A DNA stretch of 64,000 nucleotides from Deltaproteobacteria bacterium (lineage in GTDB: Bacteria; JAGRBM01; JAHCIT01). Below the pieces are notes generated by a model. That model saw nothing but the letters and a program-made list of their open reading frames with translations. It had not been told where the DNA came from and ran no database searches. The DNA lies in the NCBI GenBank assembly GCA_026129095.1, contig JAHCIT010000002.1, forward strand, positions 62,001-126,000. The letters run 5' to 3'. Each line of letters begins with the position of its first letter. Within the stretch, counting starts at the first letter, position 1. Shown here piece after piece: positions 42,841 through 51,427 of this stretch. A program made the translations under genes and the position numbers.

Positions 42841-44433
42841 CTATTTTCTGGCTGCGTAAAAATCGGTCCACAGCGATTCCGACTTGCGGATCCACTGGGG
42901 CGGCGGCTTGTTGCGGTCAAAAATGAGCTTCTGGTCGGGCTCCTTGGAGGCGATGATATGGTAGCTGTAGTGACCGCCCGGCTTCAGTCCTTCAGCAGGG
43001 TGGTTGAGCTGGGCCTGCATTTCGGGGGGCAGATTGATCCGTTCGATCGTGTAACTCGTCTGGTTGGTCACGGCGATCAGCACGGTCGAGCGCTGCTGAT
43101 GCTCATCGATATAATGCAGCGTCAGCTGGTATCTGTTGGCGTCCTCGAACTTGTCCCACTCGATCGTGGGCCGGAGATCCACGTTTCTCTGGCCGTTAAC
43201 CGGGTACTTCGGCTTGACCGAGGAAACGATCTGGATGTCGGGCAGTACCGCCTTCTGGCCCGCAATCACCTCGTAAATGGCGGAAGGCGCACCGGGGATC
43301 AGGATCGCTCCGCCCTGCATGACGTCGAGGATCGTGTCCCCCGGCTGGGGCTGCATCTCGATGACCGAATAGACCCCTTCCTCCAGCGGTATCTCGAAGT
43401 TGCCATCTTCGTCGGTCTTCGATTCGAGATAGGGGAACGTCTTGCGCTGCCCGGACTGCCGCTCCACCCTGTCGATGGTGATCCTGAAGGTCACGCTCTT
43501 CACCGGAAGTCCGCTCTTGGTGATACGTCCCGCCAACACCCCCATTTTCCGGTTCAGCTCCATCATGGTCGCGGCTTCCCGGGCCTTCACAGCCAGAATC
43601 GCCTGTTCGGTATTGGAAACACTGAAGCTGACCGGCTTTGACGTGGTCTTCAGCGAGCCGTCCTCGTTGAATACCATCAGCGTCCAGCGGTACACGCCGC
43701 CCGGATTGAGGGAGCGTGTCGGATGCTGCGGATTCAGGGCGCGGAACGCCTCCGTGCCGAGGGGGCGGCCATACGCATCTGCGAAAGCAAATTCCCACTC
43801 GCTCGCTTCGGCCTCCAGATACAAGGTGGCCGTCGCCGCCCTTGAGCCGGTCTCGAAATAGGCCAGATCGATCACGTACCGGCTGGCGTTGGGATATGGC
43901 ACCCACTGGAACTTTTCGTCCGGCATGATGATGGAGCCTTCCAGCGGACCCAGTATGCGGCCCGCCCGGCCCACCCGCACAGCCTTCATGTCAAGCAGGC
44001 TGTCGGCCACCACCAGGTCACGCCCCACAGGCGAGTCCTTGCGGATGATTTCCAGGCTGTCGTTTCCTACCTTGAGAAACTGGGGGTCTTCTGCCGCGTT
44101 GACCAGACGATAGGTACCCGGCCGGAGCATGATCTTGTAGTACCCCTGGGCATCGGTTTCGAGCAGATCCCGGACGACCCGGCCGTCCTTGTCCTGCACC
44201 TGAAGGTGCACTTTTGTCCGCCGGACCACCTCATTGTTGATCATCACCTGGCCATACAAACCGCCTTTAGGCCGCGTCAGTGTCCAGACCGACACAGCCA
44301 CAGCCACCAGGGCAGTGAGCGCCAGCAGGATGGCAAGCGGACGGCGGTTTCCACCAGGAGCACTGACCTGCCGGGAGAGCTCGGGGGCATCGGGAGGTAT
44401 TTCACCGGGTTGTTTCTGGTCTTTATCTGTCAC
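42841..44433 (-). CDS. Membrane-anchored exported protein with two tandem [carboxypeptidase-regulatory-like + FN3/Ig-like] units
   Basis: Single TM LAILLALTALVAVAVSVW. Internal duplication: ETDAQGYYKIMLRPGTY vs KTDEDGNFEIPLEEGVY, WVPYPNASRY vs WDKFEDANRY, LNPGGVYRW vs LKPGGHYSY. Confidence 0.75.
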   Translation of the reverse strand: MTDKDQKQPGEIPPDAPELSRQVSAPGGNRRPLAILLALTALVAVAVSVWTLTRPKGGLYGQVMINNEVVRRTKVHLQVQDKDGRVVRDLLETDAQGYYKIMLRPGTYRLVNAAEDPQFLKVGNDSLEIIRKDSPVGRDLVVADSLLDMKAVRVGRAGRILGPLEGSIIMPDEKFQWVPYPNASRYVIDLAYFETGSRAATATLYLEAEASEWEFAFADAYGRPLGTEAFRALNPQHPTRSLNPGGVYRWTLMVFNEDGSLKTTSKPVSFSVSNTEQAILAVKAREAATMMELNRKMGVLAGRITKSGLPVKSVTFRITIDRVERQSGQRKTFPYLESKTDEDGNFEIPLEEGVYSVIEMQPQPGDTILDVMQGGAILIPGAPSAIYEVIAGQKAVLPDIQIVSSVKPKYPVNGQRNVDLRPTIEWDKFEDANRYQLTLHYIDEHQQRSTVLIAVTNQTSYTIERINLPPEMQAQLNHPAEGLKPGGHYSYHIIASKEPDQKLIFDRNKPPPQWIRKSESLWTDFYAARK

Positions 44434-44596
44434 GAAAATGATTTTCCTTCACGGCCGGACGGGAAGCCGGCGTCCATTGAGCAGACACCTTGCGGCGGCA
44501 GACACGAGCCGCCGCCTCTCACAGCCACTGGCCAACTCTCTAACCGGGCGATTATGGGGAGCACTGTCGAAACCGGTCAAGACACCCATCAATGAA

Positions 44597-46123
44597 TCAA
44601 TCTTCATTCTGGTTCCGTATGCGGATATCCACCGGCTCGGCCACCTCAATAAGTTCCCGCACCGCCGGTTCAGTCCGGGCAAGATCATTGACCGCCGGTG
44701 TCCGGGCGGCTGGCTTCGCGGCAGCAGTCGCTGGTGCCTGACGTCTGTCACCTCCATCGCGAACCGTACTGTTTGCCTGACGCTCTGGCGGAGATGCACG
44801 GACCGGTGCAGGAGCAGGCACAGCAGGACGCCGGGAGGCATTCCCGTTTGACCAGCGGTTAAGGATCTCCGCGCCGGGGATGTTCGCAGATGCCGTCGCC
44901 GGGGGGCGGCCGCCTGCCTCACGCGCCGGTGACGGTGTGCTGTTGTGTGACTGCTGGCCTGGAACTCCGGCAGCAGGCGGCCCGCCAGAAACCAGTCCCG
45001 CCAGTTCAGAGGAAGCAAGAGCTTCCGGCAGCTCGGCCATCCGCACCAGAGTGACCTCCAGAACGGCCCGGGGATGGCTGGTCCGGGCGAGGGTGTCTTC
45101 CGCCCGCTGGCAGATCTGGAACAGGTGATCGAGATGCTGGAGCGAGTGGTTCTCTGTCAGTTCCCGCAGGCGTTCGATCTCATCGGTCGTCAGGTCCAGC
45201 ACATCGCCGGGCATTTTCACCGACTTTACGACGATGGCGTTGCGGAGCATCCACAGAAGGCGTGAGTGAAAATCCTTCACGTCGAGCCCATAGGAGTAGA
45301 CCGTTTCGACAACCTCCAGGATCTGCGCCGAACTGCGTGTCAGCACCCCGTTGACTGTTCGCCAGAGCAGATCCCGGTCGGCAAGCCCCAGAAGTGCCGT
45401 TACCTCATCTGCTGTTACCGCCCCTGCGGAATCCTTCCGGGATGAGGCAATGAGATCCACCAGAGCGAGCGAGTCCCGCATGCCGCCCTGCGATTCGCGG
45501 GCGATCACCTTGAGCGCTTCGGCGTCGAACCTGAGGCCTTCCGCCCCTGTTACCCTGGCAAGCTGATCTACCTGGACCTGCACCGGAAGACGCCGGAACT
45601 GGAACCGCTGGCAGCGGGACCGGATGGTTTCGAGCATCTTGTGGGGCTCGGTCGTTGCGAACATGAAAATGACATGGGGCGGCGGTTCCTCAAGCACCTT
45701 GAGCAGCGCATTCGACGCCTCGTTAGTCAGCATGTGCGCCTCGTCGATCACGAAAATCTTGTATTTTCCCCGGGCCGGGGCGAAACGGGCGGCTTCACGA
45801 AGCTGCTCAGCGTCTTCCTTGCCGCGATTGGAGGCGGCATCCAGCTCGATCACATCAACCCCGGTGGAGCGGGTGATCTCGACACAGGACTCGCAGCGAT
45901 TGCAGGGAATACCGTTGCTGTTTTCGAGGCAGTTGAGCGCTTTCGCGAAGATGCGGGCGATGGATGTTTTCCCGGTGCCGCGCGATCCCGAGAACATGTA
46001 GGCATGGGCTACGCGCCCGAGCTGGATGGCGCTTTGAAGCGTATTCGTAATGTGTTCCTGCCCGACGATCTCCTCGAACGTCTGGGGCCGGTATTTCCGT
46101 GCCAGTACCAGATAGGATGACAT
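44597..46123 (-). CDS. dnaX: DNA polymerase III subunit gamma/tau
   Basis: MSSYLVLARKYRPQTFEEIVGQ, Walker A GSRGTGKT, CNRCESC zinc motif, IDEAHML and SRC motif. Start set at ATG 46123. Confidence 0.97.
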   Translation of the reverse strand: MSSYLVLARKYRPQTFEEIVGQEHITNTLQSAIQLGRVAHAYMFSGSRGTGKTSIARIFAKALNCLENSNGIPCNRCESCVEITRSTGVDVIELDAASNRGKEDAEQLREAARFAPARGKYKIFVIDEAHMLTNEASNALLKVLEEPPPHVIFMFATTEPHKMLETIRSRCQRFQFRRLPVQVQVDQLARVTGAEGLRFDAEALKVIARESQGGMRDSLALVDLIASSRKDSAGAVTADEVTALLGLADRDLLWRTVNGVLTRSSAQILEVVETVYSYGLDVKDFHSRLLWMLRNAIVVKSVKMPGDVLDLTTDEIERLRELTENHSLQHLDHLFQICQRAEDTLARTSHPRAVLEVTLVRMAELPEALASSELAGLVSGGPPAAGVPGQQSHNSTPSPAREAGGRPPATASANIPGAEILNRWSNGNASRRPAVPAPAPVRASPPERQANSTVRDGGDRRQAPATAAAKPAARTPAVNDLARTEPAVRELIEVAEPVDIRIRNQNED

Positions 46124-46182
46124 CGGGTCAGTTCTCTCCGTTGCTATGCGGGCAGGAATGCCGCCGCCAGACCACCCCCGAA

Positions 46183-46277
46183 GGCCGGGCCACTGCAACA
46201 CACAGGAGGCTCGAGTGCCGTTGCTTCCTTCCGGACCTGGCGGGGTTCGTCGGCTCGCTGTTGTGCAGGGTCCGGCC
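46183..46277 (-). ncRNA. ffs: Signal recognition particle RNA (4.5S-type core)
   Basis: Minus strand contains GAACCCCGCCAGGTCCGGAAGGAAGCAACGG (conserved SRP domain IV) inside a long hairpin closed by GGCCGG/CCGGCC. It sits directly upstream of dnaX, a common arrangement. Confidence 0.93.
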
Positions 46278-46367
46278 ATCGCGGGAGGCCGGGCGGCAGG
46301 GGTTCCATAGCATCCGGAACCACCGGGGGCGAGAGTGATTTTTCCCCGCGGATTAACCGTCAGCGAA

Positions 46368-46919
46368 TCAGCTTTCCGCCATCTTGCGGAAAACCTGTGT
46401 CTGGGCCCAGTCCCCGTTCATGGTCAGCTCAAGCGTGTCCTCGCCAGCCAGATTGCACACCACATCATTTTTATCAGTCAGGAGCCGGAGAAACCGGTCA
46501 CAAAAACCGTCTTCAAACCAGACGAACCCGACCCTGCTGCTCCGTTCCACATGCCGGCGCACCTGCTCCCGGACGCTCTGGATGGCGCGTTCGCTCTGGT
46601 GCAGGACATACACCCGCGCCGTTGAATACCTCCGCGTCACCTTGTCCAGCTTGCGGGCACTGGTATTGCCCACCTCTATCCAGGCGTGGACCGTTCCATC
46701 CAGCCGCTGCACCACGAGATCCGGGCGGTAGTCGGGATCGACGTCCTGCTTCTCAACCGACAGGTTTTCATGGTGGAAAAGACACCAGGCCAAAAACTTG
46801 AGCAGTATGTGGAGGTCGCTCTCCTCGGGCGCGCTCCGCCCCAGCACCACCTTGCCCCGGAAAACCACCTGGTAATCATGAGTCAGTTCGAGCTGGAAAT
46901 TGAACGTGGAAATGGCCAT
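46368..46919 (-). CDS. yaeQ: YaeQ family protein
   Basis: PEESDLHILLKFLAWCLF, PDLV..LDG..HAWIEVG, ARKLDK; 183 aa. Confidence 0.8.
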   Translation of the reverse strand: MAISTFNFQLELTHDYQVVFRGKVVLGRSAPEESDLHILLKFLAWCLFHHENLSVEKQDVDPDYRPDLVVQRLDGTVHAWIEVGNTSARKLDKVTRRYSTARVYVLHQSERAIQSVREQVRRHVERSSRVGFVWFEDGFCDRFLRLLTDKNDVVCNLAGEDTLELTMNGDWAQTQVFRKMAES

Positions 46920-47058
46920 TTAAAAGACACCCGGGACAGTAAAAGCGGCCTTACCCTGCCCGCTTGTGGCGAATCAATTCCTTATGAGATACATCATTCC
47001 GGTCCGCGACGGATTCCGGATATGTAATTCGCCGGACGCGCAAGGAGCATAAACCGTC

Positions 47059-47553
47059 ATGAGCACTTTCACGCCGAAGCAGGTTCTGGTTCCGGTCGAT
47101 TTTTCCGACTTTTCCGCCTACCTCCGGGATGTCGCCATGGATTTCGCCGAAGAATGGGGATCCGACCTCACCTTCCTCCACATCGTTGAACCCGTCTCTG
47201 GCTACACGCTGGCAATGGCCGGGCTGTCGGCCGGGGATGATATTCTGGAGCGGGTCGAAGAGGGCTCCCGGACCGAGATGGAGAAATTTCTCAAACCGGT
47301 TGCCGCCCGGGCCAAGAAGTCGGGGATCAAGGTCCAGGGCCGGGTCGTGCCGGGATTGCCCGTCCAGGAGATCCGGCGAATAGCCGAGAAGATCAAGGCG
47401 GACCTGATCGTCACCACCACCCACGGACGCACGGGACTTGCCCATGCGCTGATCGGTTCGGTAGCCGAACGGCTCGTGCGCGAGTCGCCCATCCATGTGC
47501 TCGTGCTCCGGGCACCGCTGCTATTGTCCAAGCAGCCAAAGAAGAGAAAGTAG
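47059..47553 (+). CDS. Universal stress protein (UspA family)
   Basis: VLVPVDFS and ADLIVTTTHGRTGLAHALIGSVAERLVRESP; SD AAGGAG upstream. Confidence 0.95.
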   Translation: MSTFTPKQVLVPVDFSDFSAYLRDVAMDFAEEWGSDLTFLHIVEPVSGYTLAMAGLSAGDDILERVEEGSRTEMEKFLKPVAARAKKSGIKVQGRVVPGLPVQEIRRIAEKIKADLIVTTTHGRTGLAHALIGSVAERLVRESPIHVLVLRAPLLLSKQPKKRK

Positions 47554-47568
47554 CCGGCGAATCCGGGG

Positions 47569-49854
47569 TTATACCGCCGCGCCGCCAGGCCGGGCGCCTC
47601 CGCGCCCGCGTCCTCCGCGGCGGCCACCGCGCCGCCGGGGCCGGCCGCCAGCAGCCTGCTTTACGGCCGAATCCAGCGCCCGGTTGACGGCATCCTCATC
47701 TTCCTCGTCGTCGGCGAGATCCCCGTCATCGCCCGCTTCGGCTTCTCCTGTAACGGAACCGCTCCCGCCTTCGCTGTCCGGCGAGCCGGCTGATCCCCCG
47801 TCTGAACCGTTGCCCCCGGCTGCCGCAGCGTCTTCGGGATAACTTTCATCACCAATCGGGACCGCTTCCTCGTCATCGGTGGCAAAACGGTCATCATCAA
47901 ATGCCGGACGGACGGCCTCCACGATCTCGCGGGGCGTCACGCTTTCCCGCGCTGGCTCCCGCGGCGGTTCGCCGTGGCGGCGGACCGGCTCCGAAGGAAA
48001 CGGATCGTATATCGAATCGCTGGCTTCCCCGGCTGCATAGGATGAGATCATGCGGCTCTCCCGCTCGCGCCGTTCGCGGCGCCGTTTCTCGCGGGCGGTT
48101 TCCGTGCGCCCGCGGCCCGGCTCCCGATGCTGCCTTGCACCCCTTGGCTCCCGTTGATCACGGGGGCCAAGGTCATCCGTTCCACCCTGCCGTCCGGATC
48201 GGGGCGGGGCCTGCGGCGGTGCCTCGTCCTCTATCGCTTCTTCTTCCTCGTCGCCTTCCTCACTGGCAACCGCAAGGGCATCCTTCAGGGTCACCGCACC
48301 CTCCGCCCCTCCCGGGCGGACCTGCTGGCGGGTGACCACCTCTTCAGGATGATCCTCGAAACGGAATGCCTCCGAAGTACGCTGGACCGAGAGCTCTTTC
48401 ACATGCGCCGGTTCAATGACGATTTTCACCCGGCCTTCAATTTCCAGCTTCCGTATTTCGTAACGCTTCTCGTTCAGAAGATAGATTGCCGCATCGTGCG
48501 GAACCTTCGCATCAATCAGCGTTCCTTCCTTCGATGACGCCACTTCCAGTGCCAGCGCCCGCAGCACAGCCATCGCCTCGCGGACCGGATTGCGGACCCG
48601 GCCCACGCCGCCGCAGGCGGCACAGGGTGTCCAGCCGGCGGTGCCGCCAGCCGTGCGCATGCGCTGGCGAAGCAGCTCGATCGTGCCGAACTGTCCGATC
48701 CGGCCGAGCGTAATCTGCGCCTTGTCCGTTGAGAGCGCCTTCGACAGTGCGCCCTGCACTTTCATGCGATTCTTGCGGTCCCGCATGTCTATAAAGTCGC
48801 AGACAATGATGCCGCCCATGTTTCTCAGGCGAAGCTGGCGGGCGATCTCGCCGGCGGCCTCCAGATTGGTCTTGAGCGCCGTGTCCTCAATGGTCCGCTC
48901 CTGGCGGGTCCGGCCGGAGTTTACGTCGATGGCCACCAGCGCTTCCGTCTGGTCGATCACGATTGATCCGCCCGAAACCAGCGGCACCTGCCGTGTCATC
49001 GTGTTCTCGATCTGTTCCTCGACATGGTACCGGGTGAAAAGCGGAACCCGCCCATCGTAGAACTTCACGCGGTCAACGAACTTCGGCAGGGTCAGCTCGA
49101 AGAATGCCTGAACCGCCGTATAGGTCTCCTGCTCATCGACCCACACTTCCTCAATGTCGTCGTGGAAGTAGTCGCGGACCATCCGGAGCGCCACACCTTC
49201 CTCACGGTACAGGAGCCCCGGACCCTTCTTGCCGGCATAGGCCTTCTGGATGGCCTTGAACAGCCGCTCCAGATTCTTGAACTCTCGCTTGAGCTCTGCC
49301 GTGGTCCGCTCCAGCCCCGCTGTGCGTACGATCACCGAGGTGTCGGGTGGAAGGTTTAAACCGGCTATCTTCTCCTTCATCCGGTTACGCTCGCCTGAAT
49401 CCTCGATCCGGCGCGAAATGCCTCCACTGCCCTCGGTTTGCGGCAGATAAACAAGAAACTGGCCTGGCAGCGCGATGTAAGAAGTCAGTGCGGCACCCTT
49501 CTGTCCGATCGGATCACGGGTCACCTGCACCAGCAGTTCCATCTTGGGCTTGACGCCCTCATCACCGAGCGGCTGAAGCGCGCTCGCCTTCTTGCTCCGG
49601 CCCTGCCTGGGCACCGCGACAAGCGCTCGCGGGTTGACCTCATCAAGCGGGAGGAAGCCATTGCGGTCACCGCCATAGGTGACGAAAGCCGCCTGTATGG
49701 CCGGTTCGATATTCACGACCTGGGCCCGGTATATATTTCCCTTGATCGAGTTCCCTTCGCCGACCTCGATATCCAGGTCTTCCAGACGGTCCTCGTCGAG
49801 AATGGCGACCCGGACTTCTTCGGTCTCGGCCGCGTTAATCAGCATGCGTTTCAT
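47569..49854 (-). CDS. rne: Ribonuclease E/G family endoribonuclease with disordered C-terminal tail
   Basis: MKRMLINA..EEVRVA, S1 region KGNIYRA, IDVNSGR, DFIDM, Zn-link CAACGG, acidic and Arg/Gly-rich tail. ATG at 49854 follows GAAAGG. Confidence 0.93.
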   Translation of the reverse strand: MKRMLINAAETEEVRVAILDEDRLEDLDIEVGEGNSIKGNIYRAQVVNIEPAIQAAFVTYGGDRNGFLPLDEVNPRALVAVPRQGRSKKASALQPLGDEGVKPKMELLVQVTRDPIGQKGAALTSYIALPGQFLVYLPQTEGSGGISRRIEDSGERNRMKEKIAGLNLPPDTSVIVRTAGLERTTAELKREFKNLERLFKAIQKAYAGKKGPGLLYREEGVALRMVRDYFHDDIEEVWVDEQETYTAVQAFFELTLPKFVDRVKFYDGRVPLFTRYHVEEQIENTMTRQVPLVSGGSIVIDQTEALVAIDVNSGRTRQERTIEDTALKTNLEAAGEIARQLRLRNMGGIIVCDFIDMRDRKNRMKVQGALSKALSTDKAQITLGRIGQFGTIELLRQRMRTAGGTAGWTPCAACGGVGRVRNPVREAMAVLRALALEVASSKEGTLIDAKVPHDAAIYLLNEKRYEIRKLEIEGRVKIVIEPAHVKELSVQRTSEAFRFEDHPEEVVTRQQVRPGGAEGAVTLKDALAVASEEGDEEEEAIEDEAPPQAPPRSGRQGGTDDLGPRDQREPRGARQHREPGRGRTETAREKRRRERRERESRMISSYAAGEASDSIYDPFPSEPVRRHGEPPREPARESVTPREIVEAVRPAFDDDRFATDDEEAVPIGDESYPEDAAAAGGNGSDGGSAGSPDSEGGSGSVTGEAEAGDDGDLADDEEDEDAVNRALDSAVKQAAGGRPRRRGGRRGGRGRGGARPGGAAV

Positions 49855-49897
49855 GATGTTCCTTTCTGTGTGTGCATCCCGCCGGAACCGGACCGTC

Positions 49898-51019
49898 TCA
49901 ATCGTTCGGTTCGCAGTTCCAGCGTGTGCGCTCGAACCGGCAGCGGTCCAATACCGCGCCAGCCGTGTCTTTGGATTCCATGACCGCACCGTTGTCAGAC
50001 AACTGGACGGTCACGAAACCGAGGGTTTCGAATATGGTCCGGCCCACCACGTCGGGAGGCCGTTCCCTTTGGCCCGAATGCCAGTCACTGCCGGCGTGGC
50101 CGGCAGTGACGTAAAGGATTTCGGGTTCAGTCAGCTTGAGATTGCGCTCATAAAGATGGCTATGCCCGGCAAGGACGAGCCTCACCCCTGCCCGCCGGAG
50201 CCGGGGCAGCAGAACCGACGCAGCCGGCTCATGCGGCCCCCACTGCCCGGCCCACGTGACAACCGGACGGTGAAGCATGAGGATCCGGAACTCGCGCAGC
50301 GGCCGCCCAAGCACCTCATCGAGCCAGGTCAGCTGAGGCGAACCGTCGTCCAGCCATTCGTCGGTAGCAACCACGATGATCTCCGCAGGCCCGCGCACCA
50401 TGCGGAACCATCGCTCGTTGCCGGGTAACTCAAAAAAGTCGTGAAACTCCTCGGCAGCGTCTTCGTGATTGCCCATCGCCGGGACAACCTCCGCTTGCAT
50501 CAGCAGCGGGGCCAGGGGACCGAAAAAGGCCGTGGCGAACAGTGAGCGATCACCCGGATAGTTCACCAGGTCGCCGGTATGCAGAATCAGGTCGAAACGC
50601 TCCTGGGACGCCGCCCGGGCCACGCTGCGGGCCCGATCGGCATAACGGCGGCTGTCGCCGAGCACGAGCACCTGGAGAGTCTCGGTCGCTTCGGGAACCG
50701 GACGAACGGTCGCGGTAACCACCGAAGCAGTCGTATCGACTGCCTGGGGCTCGATCCGCACCGTATACCGCTGACCGGGCTCCAGACCGGACAGTTCCAG
50801 ATGCCGCAGACCTGGTGTAGCAGCGAGGTCGCCCGTAACTTCGGCGGCCGGATCGACGGTTATTTTCACCGGGACCGGCTGGCGCGTCTTGAACCGCAGG
50901 ATGGCCTTGTCGCCTTCGACCTGCTGCCAGTAGGGCGGAATCACAAAACCGGGCCAAGGATCGGGCGCGAGCACTGTCCCCAGCGCGACAGCCCCAGATA
51001 GCGCCACCAGTGACACCAC
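49898..51019 (-). CDS. Exported metallophosphoesterase (purple acid phosphatase-like, FN3-type N-domain); start uncertain
   Basis: Motifs LGDSR, HTGDLV, GNHE, MLHRP and GHSHLYER; hydrophobic N-terminus. Confidence 0.88.
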   Translation of the reverse strand: MVSLVALSGAVALGTVLAPDPWPGFVIPPYWQQVEGDKAILRFKTRQPVPVKITVDPAAEVTGDLAATPGLRHLELSGLEPGQRYTVRIEPQAVDTTASVVTATVRPVPEATETLQVLVLGDSRRYADRARSVARAASQERFDLILHTGDLVNYPGDRSLFATAFFGPLAPLLMQAEVVPAMGNHEDAAEEFHDFFELPGNERWFRMVRGPAEIIVVATDEWLDDGSPQLTWLDEVLGRPLREFRILMLHRPVVTWAGQWGPHEPAASVLLPRLRRAGVRLVLAGHSHLYERNLKLTEPEILYVTAGHAGSDWHSGQRERPPDVVGRTIFETLGFVTVQLSDNGAVMESKDTAGAVLDRCRFERTRWNCEPND

Positions 51020-51427
51020 CAGAACCAGAAGCTGGGTAACGCCGTACGATTTCAGAAGCGAATCTCTTTCCGTACGGCTTTCTATTTATACCCGGTGCTT
51101 CAGGAAGGGGGCCGCCGGTCCGGGCTTCACGTCAGCCGGGGCGCGGGAACGCACTTCATGAACGGTATTCGGTACCGGGATATCCGCCGCACGCCTTCGT
51201 CCGGGCATTCCCTCCTGCACCCAAACTGTCGCAGGAGTCCCGGCCGGAGCCATCCAGAACCATCAAACCCGAAACTTCGTTGACGGTTCGGGGGGCCTGT
51301 GATAACCAGCCTTCCCGAGGGTCACATCCGGTTCGGATGCACATAGACCCTTGGAAACGCTTGCGTTTTCACGGCGCCCATCGCCCGAGTGTCTACCACC
51401 CCCAGTCTCCGGAGGCAACTAGGTCCC

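Noticed and set aside
44597-46123. Programmed frameshift in dnaX
   Set aside because: No A6G or long poly-A slippery run seen.
46124-46279. N-terminal extension of DnaX in the ORF track (likewise the extensions of rne, dnaB and DUF503)
   Set aside because: It overlaps the SRP RNA or neighbouring genes; family homology starts at the downstream ATG.
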